Shown: piece by piece, positions 15,304-22,762 of the stretch
How the letters are laid out: each line of letters begins with the position of its first letter
Numbering within the stretch: position 1 is the stretch's first letter
Source: Rhodomicrobium sp. R_RK_3
GTDB lineage: Bacteria; Pseudomonadota; Alphaproteobacteria; Rhizobiales; Rhodomicrobiaceae
Assembly (NCBI RefSeq): GCF_002198715.1
Contig: NZ_MWLK01000037.1
Coordinates: 1 to 32,000, forward strand
Reading direction: 5' to 3'
Length of the DNA stretch: 32,000 bases
Notes under the pieces: model-generated
The model's input: the letters and a program-made list of their open reading frames with translations, nothing else
What the model was told of the DNA's origin: nothing
Databases searched by the model: none
Position numbers and translations under genes: made by a program

Positions 15304-16080
15304 ATGCCACCCAGCACCCACCTCGCATTGCCCTTCATCGAAGCCGCCCAAGCCCAGAAGCACGTCACCCATAACGCCGCGCTGCTGGCGCTCGACGCCA
15401 TCGTCATGCTCTCGGTGCTCGACCGCGATCTCGCCGCGCCGCCCGGCTCTCCTGCGGACGGCGACCGCTATCTCATCGCGGCCTCAGCCACCGGCGCTTG
15501 GTCGGGCAAAGACGGCAAAATCGCCGCCCGCCAGGACGGGGCGTGGTCGTTCCATGCCCCGCGCGAGGGCTGGCTGCTCTGGATCGCCGACGAGGACATC
15601 GTCCTCGCCTTCGACGGCGCAGCCTGGACCGGCGCGGCGACCCAGAACGCCGCCCGCCTCGGCGTCAACACCACGGCGGATGCCACCAACAAGCTCTCCG
15701 TCGCGTCGGGCGCCGTGCTGTTCAACCACATCGGCAGCGGCGTGCAGGTGAAGCTCAACAAGAACGCCGCCGGCGATACGGCCAGCTTCCTGTTCCAGAC
15801 CGCCTTTTCCGGCCGCGCCGAAATCGGCTGTCTCGGCAATGACGATTTCAGCTTCAAGACCTCGGCCGACGGCAGCACCTTCGACATCGGCCTGACCCTC
15901 GTCGCCGCCGCCAACGGCGCGCCCCGTCTCCCCAGCTTCACCGTCGCGACCCTGCCCAGCGCCGCGACTGCCGGAACGGGCGCCTTCGTCTTCGTCAGCG
16001 ATGCGACCGGTGGGGCGGTCCCGGCCTTCTCCGACGGCACCGACTGGCGGCGCAGCGACACCAGCGCCGTGGTGAGCTGA
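15304..16080 (+). CDS. DUF2793 domain protein (GTA-associated, fibre/receptor-binding candidate)
   Basis: 258 aa. MPPSTHLALPFIEAAQAQKHVTHNAALLALDAIVMLSVLDRDLAAPPGSPADGDRYLIAASATGAWSGKDGKIAARQDGAWSFHAPREGWLLWIADED is the DUF2793 signature. This family commonly follows g15 in alphaproteobacterial GTA clusters. Confidence 0.8.
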   Translation: MPPSTHLALPFIEAAQAQKHVTHNAALLALDAIVMLSVLDRDLAAPPGSPADGDRYLIAASATGAWSGKDGKIAARQDGAWSFHAPREGWLLWIADEDIVLAFDGAAWTGAATQNAARLGVNTTADATNKLSVASGAVLFNHIGSGVQVKLNKNAAGDTASFLFQTAFSGRAEIGCLGNDDFSFKTSADGSTFDIGLTLVAAANGAPRLPSFTVATLPSAATAGTGAFVFVSDATGGAVPAFSDGTDWRRSDTSAVVS

Positions 16081-16111
16081 ACCACCCGCCGCCCCACACC
16101 AGCGAGGCGAC

Positions 16112-16309
16112 ATGACCCACACCACCAACCAGCAAAACCTCTCCGACGCGGCGCTCGCGGGCGGTCTCGTCTCGGCACCGGCCTGGTCGCCCTGGCTGAC
16201 CGAACTCAACCAGGTGCTCACCACCGCGACGCTCGTCGTCGGCCTCGCCTTCGGCCTGATCCGGCTCTGGGCGTTCTGGCGCGAGCGCCGCAACGCCGCC
16301 AAGCACTGA
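16112..16309 (+). CDS. small membrane protein, holin-like (putative)
   Basis: 65 aa with one strong TM helix (VLTTATLVVGLAFGLIRLWAFW) and a basic C-terminal tail (RERRNAAKH). It lies immediately upstream of the endolysin. There is no family recognition. The call rests on topology and position only. Confidence 0.45.
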   Translation: MTHTTNQQNLSDAALAGGLVSAPAWSPWLTELNQVLTTATLVVGLAFGLIRLWAFWRERRNAAKH

Positions 16310-16337
16310 CCCGCCGCCACCCCATGGAGATACCCGC

Positions 16338-16889
16338 TTGCAGAAGACATTCAACGCCGCGCTCGCCCATGTCCTCACCTTCGAGGGCGGCTATTCGGAT
16401 CACCCGCTCGATCCCGGCGGCGCGACCAATCTCGGCATCACCCTCGCCGTGCTGCGCGACTACCGCCGCAGTGCCGTGACCAAGGCCGACGTCCGCGCTC
16501 TGACCAGGAAGGAAGCCGCCGCCATCTACCGCGAGCGCTATTGGGAGACCGCCTGCTGCGGCGCGCTGCCTTCCGGGCTCGACCTCGCGGTGTTCGATTG
16601 CGCGGTCAATCAGGGCGTCGGCCGCGCCCGGCGCTTCCTGCAACAGGCCGCCAACGTCAAGGCCGACGGCCAGATCGGCCCCGTCACCCTGGCCGCCATC
16701 GCCGCCGCGCAGCCGGAAAAGCTGCTCGCCGAATTCATGGCGCGGCGGATGCAGAGCTACGGCCTGCTGCAGCGGCTGTTCCCGACCTTCGGCCTCGGCT
16801 GGTCGCGCAGGCTGATCGCCACTCACGCCGCCGCGCTGTCACTGCTGCGCGCCGCCCCCGCCAAAGCCGACCAACCCGCCAATATCTGA
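16338..16889 (+). CDS. glycoside hydrolase family 108 lysozyme with C-terminal peptidoglycan-binding domain (endolysin)
   Basis: TTG start at 16338, 7 nt after GGAGA (16326-16330). The N-terminal HVLTFEGGYSDHPLDPGGATNLGIT is the GH108 motif. ...VKADGQIGPVTLAAI is typical of the PG_binding_3 domain. Confidence 0.85.
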   Translation: MQKTFNAALAHVLTFEGGYSDHPLDPGGATNLGITLAVLRDYRRSAVTKADVRALTRKEAAAIYRERYWETACCGALPSGLDLAVFDCAVNQGVGRARRFLQQAANVKADGQIGPVTLAAIAAAQPEKLLAEFMARRMQSYGLLQRLFPTFGLGWSRRLIATHAAALSLLRAAPAKADQPANI

Positions 16890-16897
16890 GGTTTCCC

Positions 16898-17083
16898 ATG
16901 GATTTCATCATCAAGCGCCTGCGCGAGCCGTCCACCTATGCCGGCATTGCCGCGTTCCTCGCCGGTTTCGGCCTGCTCGGCCTGACCGAACAGGACTGGA
17001 ACCAGATTTTTGGCGCCCTGGCCGCCCTCGCCGGTGTCGCCGCCATCTTCCTCGGCGAAGCGCCCAGGGACGGCGCGCAATAG
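16898..17083 (+). CDS. small two-TM membrane protein, holin/antiholin-like (putative)
   Basis: ATG 16898 lies 6 nt after GAGG, 61 aa. There are two hydrophobic helices, YAGIAAFLAGFGLLGL and IFGALAALAGVAAIFLG. It sits between the endolysin and the spanin-like pair. Confidence 0.5.
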   Translation: MDFIIKRLREPSTYAGIAAFLAGFGLLGLTEQDWNQIFGALAALAGVAAIFLGEAPRDGAQ

Positions 17084-17087
17084 GCTC

Positions 17088-17303
17088 ATGCTCTCCATCC
17101 TCAATGCTTTAAGCGCGGCCTTCCGCTTCCTCACCGGCCTCGCGGCGTTCCTATCCGAACGCCGCCAGATCCAGGCCGGCGAGGACCGGGCGGCGGCGCG
17201 CTCGCTGAAGGAGCAAGCCCGCCATGTCCAGACCGCTCGCGCCGCTCGCCGCCGCGTTGATTCTCGCAGCCTGCCAGAGCACGACCCCGACCGCCGTGAC
17301 TGA
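17088..17303 (+). CDS. i-spanin-like protein (N-terminal TM plus charged helical domain), putative
   Basis: ATG 17088 lies 4 nt after the upstream stop, 71 aa. It has an N-terminal TM (ILNALSAAFRFLTGLAAFL) followed by the charged stretch ERRQIQAGEDRAAARSLKEQARHVQTARAARRR. Its 3' 80 nt overlaps the next lipoprotein ORF in another frame. It is shorter than typical Rz proteins. Confidence 0.42.
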   Translation: MLSILNALSAAFRFLTGLAAFLSERRQIQAGEDRAAARSLKEQARHVQTARAARRRVDSRSLPEHDPDRRD

Positions 17304-17415
17304 CACCACCTGCCTCGCCATGGAGCCCATTACTTATTCGCGTAAGGATAGTCCGCAAACCGCAGTGCAAATCCGCCAGCACAACGCCGCCTTCCGGGCC
17401 ATTTGCGGGGAGTGA
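17224..17415 (+). CDS. o-spanin-like outer-membrane lipoprotein, putative (overlapped architecture)
   Basis: 63 aa. The signal peptide with lipobox is MSRPLAPLAAALILAAC|QS (L-A-A-C). The small mature part has two further Cys. It starts inside the preceding ORF in the +1 frame and extends beyond it, as in the Rz/Rz1 'overlapped' class. Confidence 0.5.
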   Translation: MSRPLAPLAAALILAACQSTTPTAVTDTTCLAMEPITYSRKDSPQTAVQIRQHNAAFRAICGE

Positions 17416-17549
17416 CATGGGTAAGCTTACGTAGTTATTAACCCGGAGGGTGAATTAGGATGTTTTATAGCAAATTATCAATATTCTTGAGATGATATAG
17501 CTGAAACCCGGATGCGACGGCCACTCGCATCCATGTTCAAGCCGATACC

Positions 17550-17951
17550 ATGATCAGATATTTCGGACAGGTCGAACTCGATATCTGTGCCCGCACCGTC
17601 GCCCGGCTCGGCGGCGGCCAGCCGGAAGAGCTCCACGCCCCGCTCGCCTGGGTGATTCGCAACCGCCTGCAAACCACCTCCGGCCGGCGCGGCGCCGAGC
17701 CGGACCTTGCGCGAACCTGTCAGGACATTTTGCGGGAAGCCGATGGAAGGGCGCCGCTGCTGCCCGCCAAAGCTCAGCTGACGGCCGCCGACTGGTGCCG
17801 GATTTACGCCGTCAACTGCTTGGTCTGGGCCGGAGATTTGGACGACACCACCGCCGGGGCGACCTCGTGCCACCGCCACGACACCACCAGGAGCTGGGCG
17901 CGCGGCCGCACGCCCACGGCGCTGCTCGGCCCCTATATATTTTTCCGCTAG
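17550..17951 (+). CDS. cell wall hydrolase, SleB/Hydrolase_2-like (putative)
   Basis: 133 aa. ICARTVARLGGGQPEELHAPLAWVIRNRL resembles the ARTI.GEARGE...VA.VV.NR motif. The C-terminal ATSCHRHD...WARGRTPTALLGPYIFFR resembles the ATHFH...W...IG.H.FY end of the family. This is motif-level recognition only. Confidence 0.55.
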   Translation: MIRYFGQVELDICARTVARLGGGQPEELHAPLAWVIRNRLQTTSGRRGAEPDLARTCQDILREADGRAPLLPAKAQLTAADWCRIYAVNCLVWAGDLDDTTAGATSCHRHDTTRSWARGRTPTALLGPYIFFR

Positions 17952-18045
17952 GCCATCCTGCCACCCCAATGGCAGGCTATGCTATGTTCATGACGCATTC
18001 ACTGTGTCTCTGCATTCTTCACGGCTGAAAGAGAATGCAAGCCCA

Positions 18046-18330
18046 ATGAGACTCGCGCATCCATTGCTGCTCGCGGCCACGGCCGCCTTTTCCTTGGGGG
18101 CGACCGGCGTCGCGGCCCAGAGCAGTTGCGCGCCCAATTGGACCGCCAATCAATATAAGTCGTTCGGCGTGCTGCAGAACGAGATCAAAAAGCAGTTCGG
18201 CGAAGTGAGAATATTGCGGGTCGCCCTGTGCGGCGAAGGCGGCGATGCTTACTTCCAAATCGTGATCATTTCAGGTCAGGGCGAAGTCCGACGTGTGCAA
18301 ATCGCCGCCACCAGCGAGGCGCCGGGATGA
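18046..18330 (+). CDS. secreted PepSY-domain-like protein
   Basis: ATG 18046, with signal peptide MRLAHPLLLAATAAFSLGATGVAAQ. The ~70-aa mature part (FGEVRILRVALCGEGGDAYFQIVIISGQGEVRRVQIAA) is PepSY-like. Such genes typically precede two-component systems in this group. Confidence 0.55.
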   Translation: MRLAHPLLLAATAAFSLGATGVAAQSSCAPNWTANQYKSFGVLQNEIKKQFGEVRILRVALCGEGGDAYFQIVIISGQGEVRRVQIAATSEAPG

Positions 18331-18417
18331 AGTTGTGCCCAAATGCCGATTGCCCGCCCGGTGGTTTTGTTGCAAAACCTTCAACGGAGCATTCGCAACA
18401 AATCACGGGCAACGAAT

Positions 18418-19089
18418 ATGCGGCTTCTCGTAGTCGAGGATGATCGGGACCTCAGCCGGCAGCTCGTCTCCGTTCTGAGCCAGGCGGGCTACGCCGTCGA
18501 CACCGCGTTCGACGGCGAGGAAGGCCATTTTCTCGGCGATACCGAGCCTTATGACGCTGTCATCCTCGATCTCGGCCTGCCCAAGCTCGATGGTCTCAGC
18601 GTGCTCGAAAGCTGGCGCCGCGACGACCGCCGCATGCCCGTGCTGATCCTGACCGCCCGCGACCGCTGGAGCGACAAGGTCGCCGGCATCGATGCGGGCG
18701 CGGACGATTACGTTGCCAAGCCGTTCCATGTCGAGGAGGTGCTGGCTCGGGTGCGCGCGCTTTTGCGCCGCAGCGCCGGCCACGCCAAGAGCGAGATCGA
18801 ATGCGGACCCTTGCGGCTCGACACCAAGATGGCGCGGGTCACCATGGACGGCGTGCCGGTCAAGCTGACCTCGCTCGAATACCGGCTGCTGGCCTATCTC
18901 ATGCACCATCAGGGCCGGGTCGTGCCGCGCCTTGAACTGGTCGAACATCTCTACGAGCAGGATTTCGACCGCGATTCCAACACCATCGAAGTGTTCGTCG
19001 GGCGGCTGCGCAAGAAGATTTCACCGGATTTGATCCTCACGGTTCGAGGCCTCGGCTACAGGCTCAATGCACCTGAAAATGAAGCGTAA
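18418..19089 (+). CDS. OmpR/PhoB-family response regulator
   Basis: MRLLVVEDDRDL...DAVILDLGLPKLDG...LILTARDRWSDKVAGIDAGADDYVAKPF is the receiver domain. ...LTSLEYRLLAYLMHHQGRVVPRLELVEHLY...NTIEVFVGRLRKKI...TVRGLGYRL is the winged-helix domain. ATG 18418; the track start at 18343 is upstream junk. Confidence 0.93.
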   Translation: MRLLVVEDDRDLSRQLVSVLSQAGYAVDTAFDGEEGHFLGDTEPYDAVILDLGLPKLDGLSVLESWRRDDRRMPVLILTARDRWSDKVAGIDAGADDYVAKPFHVEEVLARVRALLRRSAGHAKSEIECGPLRLDTKMARVTMDGVPVKLTSLEYRLLAYLMHHQGRVVPRLELVEHLYEQDFDRDSNTIEVFVGRLRKKISPDLILTVRGLGYRLNAPENEA

Positions 19090-20461
19090 CTCGCTATCGC
19101 GGCGTCTGTTCTTTTCTTCCGCCATCTGGACGCTTCTCGTCCTCCCCTTCGCTGCGGCCGTCCTGGTCTCACTTTACCGCGACGCCGTCGAGCGCAGCTT
19201 CGATGCGCGGCTCAATCAATATCTCGAATATTTGATCGCCATCACCTCACCCGACCAGGGCATTGACGTGATGGAGCCTGCCAATCTCGGCGAGCCGCTG
19301 TTCAGCCTGCCCTCGTCGGGCTGGTATTGGGAGATCAAATCGCTGGGCGGGCCGCCCGTCGATTTCAAATCCGTATCGCTCGCTTCGGAGGCGCTGAAGC
19401 TACCGAGCCAGATGGGCGTCGTCCCCGACGAGACCGAGATCCGCAAGGCGTATCTCGCCGGGCCGGAACAGCAGGCGCTGCGGGTGCTGGAGCGCGAGAT
19501 CACCATCACCCAGAAGGACCAGCAGCGGCGCTATGCCTATGCGGTCGCGGGCGATGCGGGCGAGATCGGCGACGAGGTCGCCGCCTTCAGCACCATGCTG
19601 GTGATCGCCTTCTGTATGCTCGGCGCGGGGCTGCTGATCGCGACCTTCTTCCAGGTCCGTTTCGGCCTGCGCCCGCTGGATGAGATCGGCGAAAAGCTGG
19701 TGGCGATCCGCTCGGGCAAGGCCTCGCGCCTCGAAGGCAGCCTGCCGGAGGAAATCCAGCCGCTGCAGGAAGAACTCAACGCGCTGATCCAGTCGAACCA
19801 GGCCATCATCGAGCGCGCCCGCACCCATGTCGGCAATCTCGCCCATGCGCTGAAGACGCCGCTCAGCGTCATCACCAACGAGGCCCGCGAGCGCGAAGAC
19901 GAGTTCGGCCAGAAGGTCGCCGATCAGGCCGAACTGATGCGCGAATATATCACCCACCATCTGACCCGCGCCCAGATCGCCGCGCGCGTCAGCATCGTCG
20001 GCGGCGTCACCGATGTCAGCGAGACCGTGAACTCGTTGACCCACGCCCTGTCGCGCATCTATTCCGACCGCAATATCAGCTTCGTGGTCGAATGCCCGTC
20101 CGACGCCAAATTCCGGGGCGAGAAGCAGGATTTGCAGGAGATGGTCGGCAATCTGCTCGACAATGCCTGCAAATGGGCGGACGCCAAGGTGAAAATCTCC
20201 GTGGCGACGGATGGCTCGGCCAAGACGGCCAGCAACACCCGCAACCTGACCGTGCTCGTCGACGATGACGGGCCGGGCCTGCCGCTTTCCGAATTGGAGA
20301 GCGTCGTGCGGCGCGGCAAGCGGCTCGACGAGACCAAGCCGGGCTCCGGGCTGGGGCTATCCATCGTCGCCGATCTCTCGGAAATGTATTACGGCAGTTT
20401 CGTGCTGCAGCAGGCGCCGACCGGCGGCGTGCGCGCCAAGCTGACCCTGCCGGCGGCATAA
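19067..20461 (+). CDS. sensor histidine kinase (2 TM, HAMP, HisKA, HATPase_c)
   Basis: The H-box is HVGNLAHALKTPLSVI. The N/G boxes are GNLLDNACKWA and DDDGPGLP...GSGLGLSIV. It overlaps the regulator gene. The start is either ATG 19067 or ATG 19079 (MKRNSLSRRLFF...). Confidence 0.9.
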   Translation: MHLKMKRNSLSRRLFFSSAIWTLLVLPFAAAVLVSLYRDAVERSFDARLNQYLEYLIAITSPDQGIDVMEPANLGEPLFSLPSSGWYWEIKSLGGPPVDFKSVSLASEALKLPSQMGVVPDETEIRKAYLAGPEQQALRVLEREITITQKDQQRRYAYAVAGDAGEIGDEVAAFSTMLVIAFCMLGAGLLIATFFQVRFGLRPLDEIGEKLVAIRSGKASRLEGSLPEEIQPLQEELNALIQSNQAIIERARTHVGNLAHALKTPLSVITNEAREREDEFGQKVADQAELMREYITHHLTRAQIAARVSIVGGVTDVSETVNSLTHALSRIYSDRNISFVVECPSDAKFRGEKQDLQEMVGNLLDNACKWADAKVKISVATDGSAKTASNTRNLTVLVDDDGPGLPLSELESVVRRGKRLDETKPGSGLGLSIVADLSEMYYGSFVLQQAPTGGVRAKLTLPAA

Positions 20462-20569
20462 TAGTCGCAAAAAAGCCAGATTAGGGGTTTCTACCAGGAC
20501 ACAATAGGGGCTTATTGCAGGTTGGGATTGAGTCGGCCGCCCAGGCGGACTCTCACAAACGGGGAAGTC

Positions 20570-21028
20570 ATGAAACTCATCAGATTTCTTGGCGTGGGCG
20601 CTCTGCTGCTTCCGCTTTGGGCTTGCGGTCCGGCCGGCAGCCATCAGGAAGGCGGAACTGTCGTCGGCGCCGTGGCCGGCGGCATCATCGGCAATCAGTT
20701 TGGACATGGCGCCGGCCGCGTGCTGGCGACGGCTACGGGCGTGGTCGTCGGCGGCCTGATCGGCAGCAGCATCGGCCGCGACATGGACGAGGCCGACCGG
20801 CGCTATGCGCTCGAAGCCGAATATCGCGCGCTCGAAGACGATGACGACGAGGAATGGCGCAACGAGCGGTCCGGCCATCGCGGGCATATCAAGCCGCGCC
20901 GTTCCTACCGTTCGGCCGGGCGGACCTGCCGCGAATATGAGCACACCGTCTATATCGACGACCGGCCGCAGACCATGGTCGGCAAAGCCTGCCGCCAGGA
21001 TGACGGCACCTGGAAGGCCGTCAGCTAA
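20570..21028 (+). CDS. glycine-zipper surface lipoprotein (17-kDa antigen / RT0821-Lpp0805-like)
   Basis: ATG 20570. The signal with lipobox is MKLIRFLGVGALLLPLWAC. The glycine zipper reads GAVAGGIIGNQFGHGAGRVLATATGVVVGGLIGSSIG. The C-terminal part is CREYEHTVYIDDRPQTMVGKACRQDDGTWKAV. Confidence 0.75.
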   Translation: MKLIRFLGVGALLLPLWACGPAGSHQEGGTVVGAVAGGIIGNQFGHGAGRVLATATGVVVGGLIGSSIGRDMDEADRRYALEAEYRALEDDDDEEWRNERSGHRGHIKPRRSYRSAGRTCREYEHTVYIDDRPQTMVGKACRQDDGTWKAVS

Positions 21029-21062
21029 GCCGACGAAGATTTCATCAGGAATGTTTGGAAAT

Positions 21063-21088
21063 GCCCGCCCTCGTGGCGGGCTTTTTCG
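21063..21088 (+). terminator. rho-independent terminator
   Basis: GCCCGCC (21063-21069), loop CTCGT, GGCGGGC (21075-21081), then TTTTT (21082-21086). It lies 35 nt after the lipoprotein stop. Confidence 0.75.
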
Positions 21089-21188
21089 TATTTGGGCTGT
21101 GGCGGAGGGCCGCGCCGCGCGTTTCTACTTGATTACCTCCCCGCAAGCCTTGATATGCAGGGTTCAATCAAGATCGGGCGAACCGCCA

Positions 21189-22250
21189 ATGCTTCTCTGG
21201 ACCGTCTTTGCCGCGCTGACCGCCTTCGCCGCGCTGCTGATCGTGCGGCCCTACTGGCGGCAAGGTGAACGCGCCGCCGCGCAGAGCCACGATGTCGCGG
21301 TCTACAAACAGCAACTCGAGGAGATCGAGGAGGAGACGGCGCGCGGCCTGCTCGGCGAGGCCGAAGCCCAGGCGGCGCGCATCGAAGTCTCCCGCCGCAT
21401 CCTCGCCGCCTCGGACGACTTTCACGCGGCCGGACCGCCGCGCGGCTCGGCGTCGGCGCCCTATGTCATCATCGGCCTGCTGGCGACGATCTCGATGGCC
21501 GCCTATCTCGTGTTCGGCTCGCCGAACCTGCCGGACCAGCCGCTGCACGCCCGCGCGGCGCCCGAGGACAGCCAGCCCTCCATCGAAAGCCTCGTCGCCC
21601 GTGTCGAGGCGCGGCTGGCCACCAATCCCGAGGATGGCGCGGGCTGGGCGGTGATCGCGCCGGTCTACCTGCGGCTCGGGCGCTATGACGACGCGGCCAA
21701 GGCGCTGAAGAACGCCATCCGGCTGGTTGGCGAGACCCCCGACCGCCTCGGCGATCTCGGCGAGGCGCTGACGCTGGCGGGCGGCAATAAGGTGAGCGGA
21801 GAGGCCGCCGCGGCGTTCCAGAAGGTTTTAAGCCTCGAGCCGCAGAATGAGCGGGCGCAATTCTGGCTCGGCATGGCCGACGAGCAGGGCGGCAAGCTCA
21901 GCGAAGCCGCCGGCCGCTACCGCAAGCTGCTCGCCCAAACTTTGCCCGACAATGTGCGCAATATCGTGCAGCAGCGGCTGACCGATGTCGACGCGCGGCT
22001 GGCCGGCGCGCCATCGGCTCCCGAACAGGCGGCGATGATCGACAAGATGGTCGCCGGACTGGCCGAGCGGCTGAAGGCCGATGGCTCCGATCTGGAAGGC
22101 TGGCTTAAACTGATGCGAGCCTATACGGTGCTCGGACGGCGGGACGAGGCCCTGGACGCGCTGAAACGGGCGCAAGGGCAATTCGCCGGCAATCAGGAAG
22201 CGCTCGCCCAGATCGACCAGATGGCGAAGACGCTCGGCCTCACGTCCTGA
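21189..22250 (+). CDS. ccmI: c-type cytochrome biogenesis protein CcmI (CycH), TPR-containing
   Basis: ATG 21189. [24 protein letters not shown]...[37 protein letters not shown] is the CcmI N-terminal signature. A second TM and TPR-like C-terminal repeats are present. It lies upstream of ccmEFH. Confidence 0.85.
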   Translation: MLLWTVFAALTAFAALLIVRPYWRQGERAAAQSHDVAVYKQQLEEIEEETARGLLGEAEAQAARIEVSRRILAASDDFHAAGPPRGSASAPYVIIGLLATISMAAYLVFGSPNLPDQPLHARAAPEDSQPSIESLVARVEARLATNPEDGAGWAVIAPVYLRLGRYDDAAKALKNAIRLVGETPDRLGDLGEALTLAGGNKVSGEAAAAFQKVLSLEPQNERAQFWLGMADEQGGKLSEAAGRYRKLLAQTLPDNVRNIVQQRLTDVDARLAGAPSAPEQAAMIDKMVAGLAERLKADGSDLEGWLKLMRAYTVLGRRDEALDALKRAQGQFAGNQEALAQIDQMAKTLGLTS

Positions 22251-22278
22251 TGATGCAACAGCGAGGTTCTTGCAAGAG

Positions 22279-22740
22279 ATGACCCGAAAGCAGCGCCGAT
22301 CCGTCCTCATCCTTTCCGGCCTCGCCGTGCTCGGCCTGGCGGCCTTCCTGGTGCTGTCCGCGCTGCGCGAATCCATCGTCTTCTTCTACAGCCCGAGCGA
22401 AGTCGCCGCGCAGTCGGTGCAGCCCGGCACGCGCTTCCGGCTCGGCGGCATGGTCTCGGCGGGCAGCCTGAAGAAACACGGCGGCACCGATGTTGAATTC
22501 GAGATCGGCGACGGCTCGCGCGCCATCACGGTGAATTATCGCGGCCTGCTGCCGGACCTCTTCCGCGAGGGGCAGGGCGTCATCGCCGAAGGCAAGCTCG
22601 ATCCCGGCGGCCGCTTCATCGCCGACAATGTGCTGGCCAAGCATGACGAAACCTATATGCCGCGCGAAGTGGCCGACAGCCTGAAGAAGCAGGGCACATG
22701 GCGCGGCGGCGAAGCCCACGCGGAGCCCGCGACCCAATAA
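22279..22740 (+). CDS. ccmE: cytochrome c maturation haem chaperone CcmE (CycJ)
   Basis: [42 protein letters not shown]...GVIAEGKL...[17 protein letters not shown] contains the haem-binding His motif. The track start at 22270 is a TTG three codons upstream. Confidence 0.92.
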   Translation: MTRKQRRSVLILSGLAVLGLAAFLVLSALRESIVFFYSPSEVAAQSVQPGTRFRLGGMVSAGSLKKHGGTDVEFEIGDGSRAITVNYRGLLPDLFREGQGVIAEGKLDPGGRFIADNVLAKHDETYMPREVADSLKKQGTWRGGEAHAEPATQ

Positions 22741-22762
22741 TGATAAGGACAGGCGGTCTCGC

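Noticed and set aside
1-17415. Interpretation as a conventional integrated prophage
   Set aside because: Within the window there is no integrase, repressor, replication gene or att/tRNA junction. The tape measure is very short, and the g12-g15 set is the GTA-specific module. The left boundary is outside the window, so this cannot be fully excluded.
17440-17465. Possible CtrA box (TTAA-N7-TTAA) in the AT-rich junction
   Set aside because: The sequence is TTAACCCGGAGGGTGAATTA. The second half-site is ATTA at the wrong spacing, so it does not fit the consensus.
21128-21172. Promoter-like TTGATT-N16-TGATAT and CTTGATT/AATCAAG inverted repeat upstream of ccmI
   Set aside because: The -10 match is weak (3/6 to TATAAT in either register) and the inverted repeat is only 6-7 bp. 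This is not enough to call a feature.
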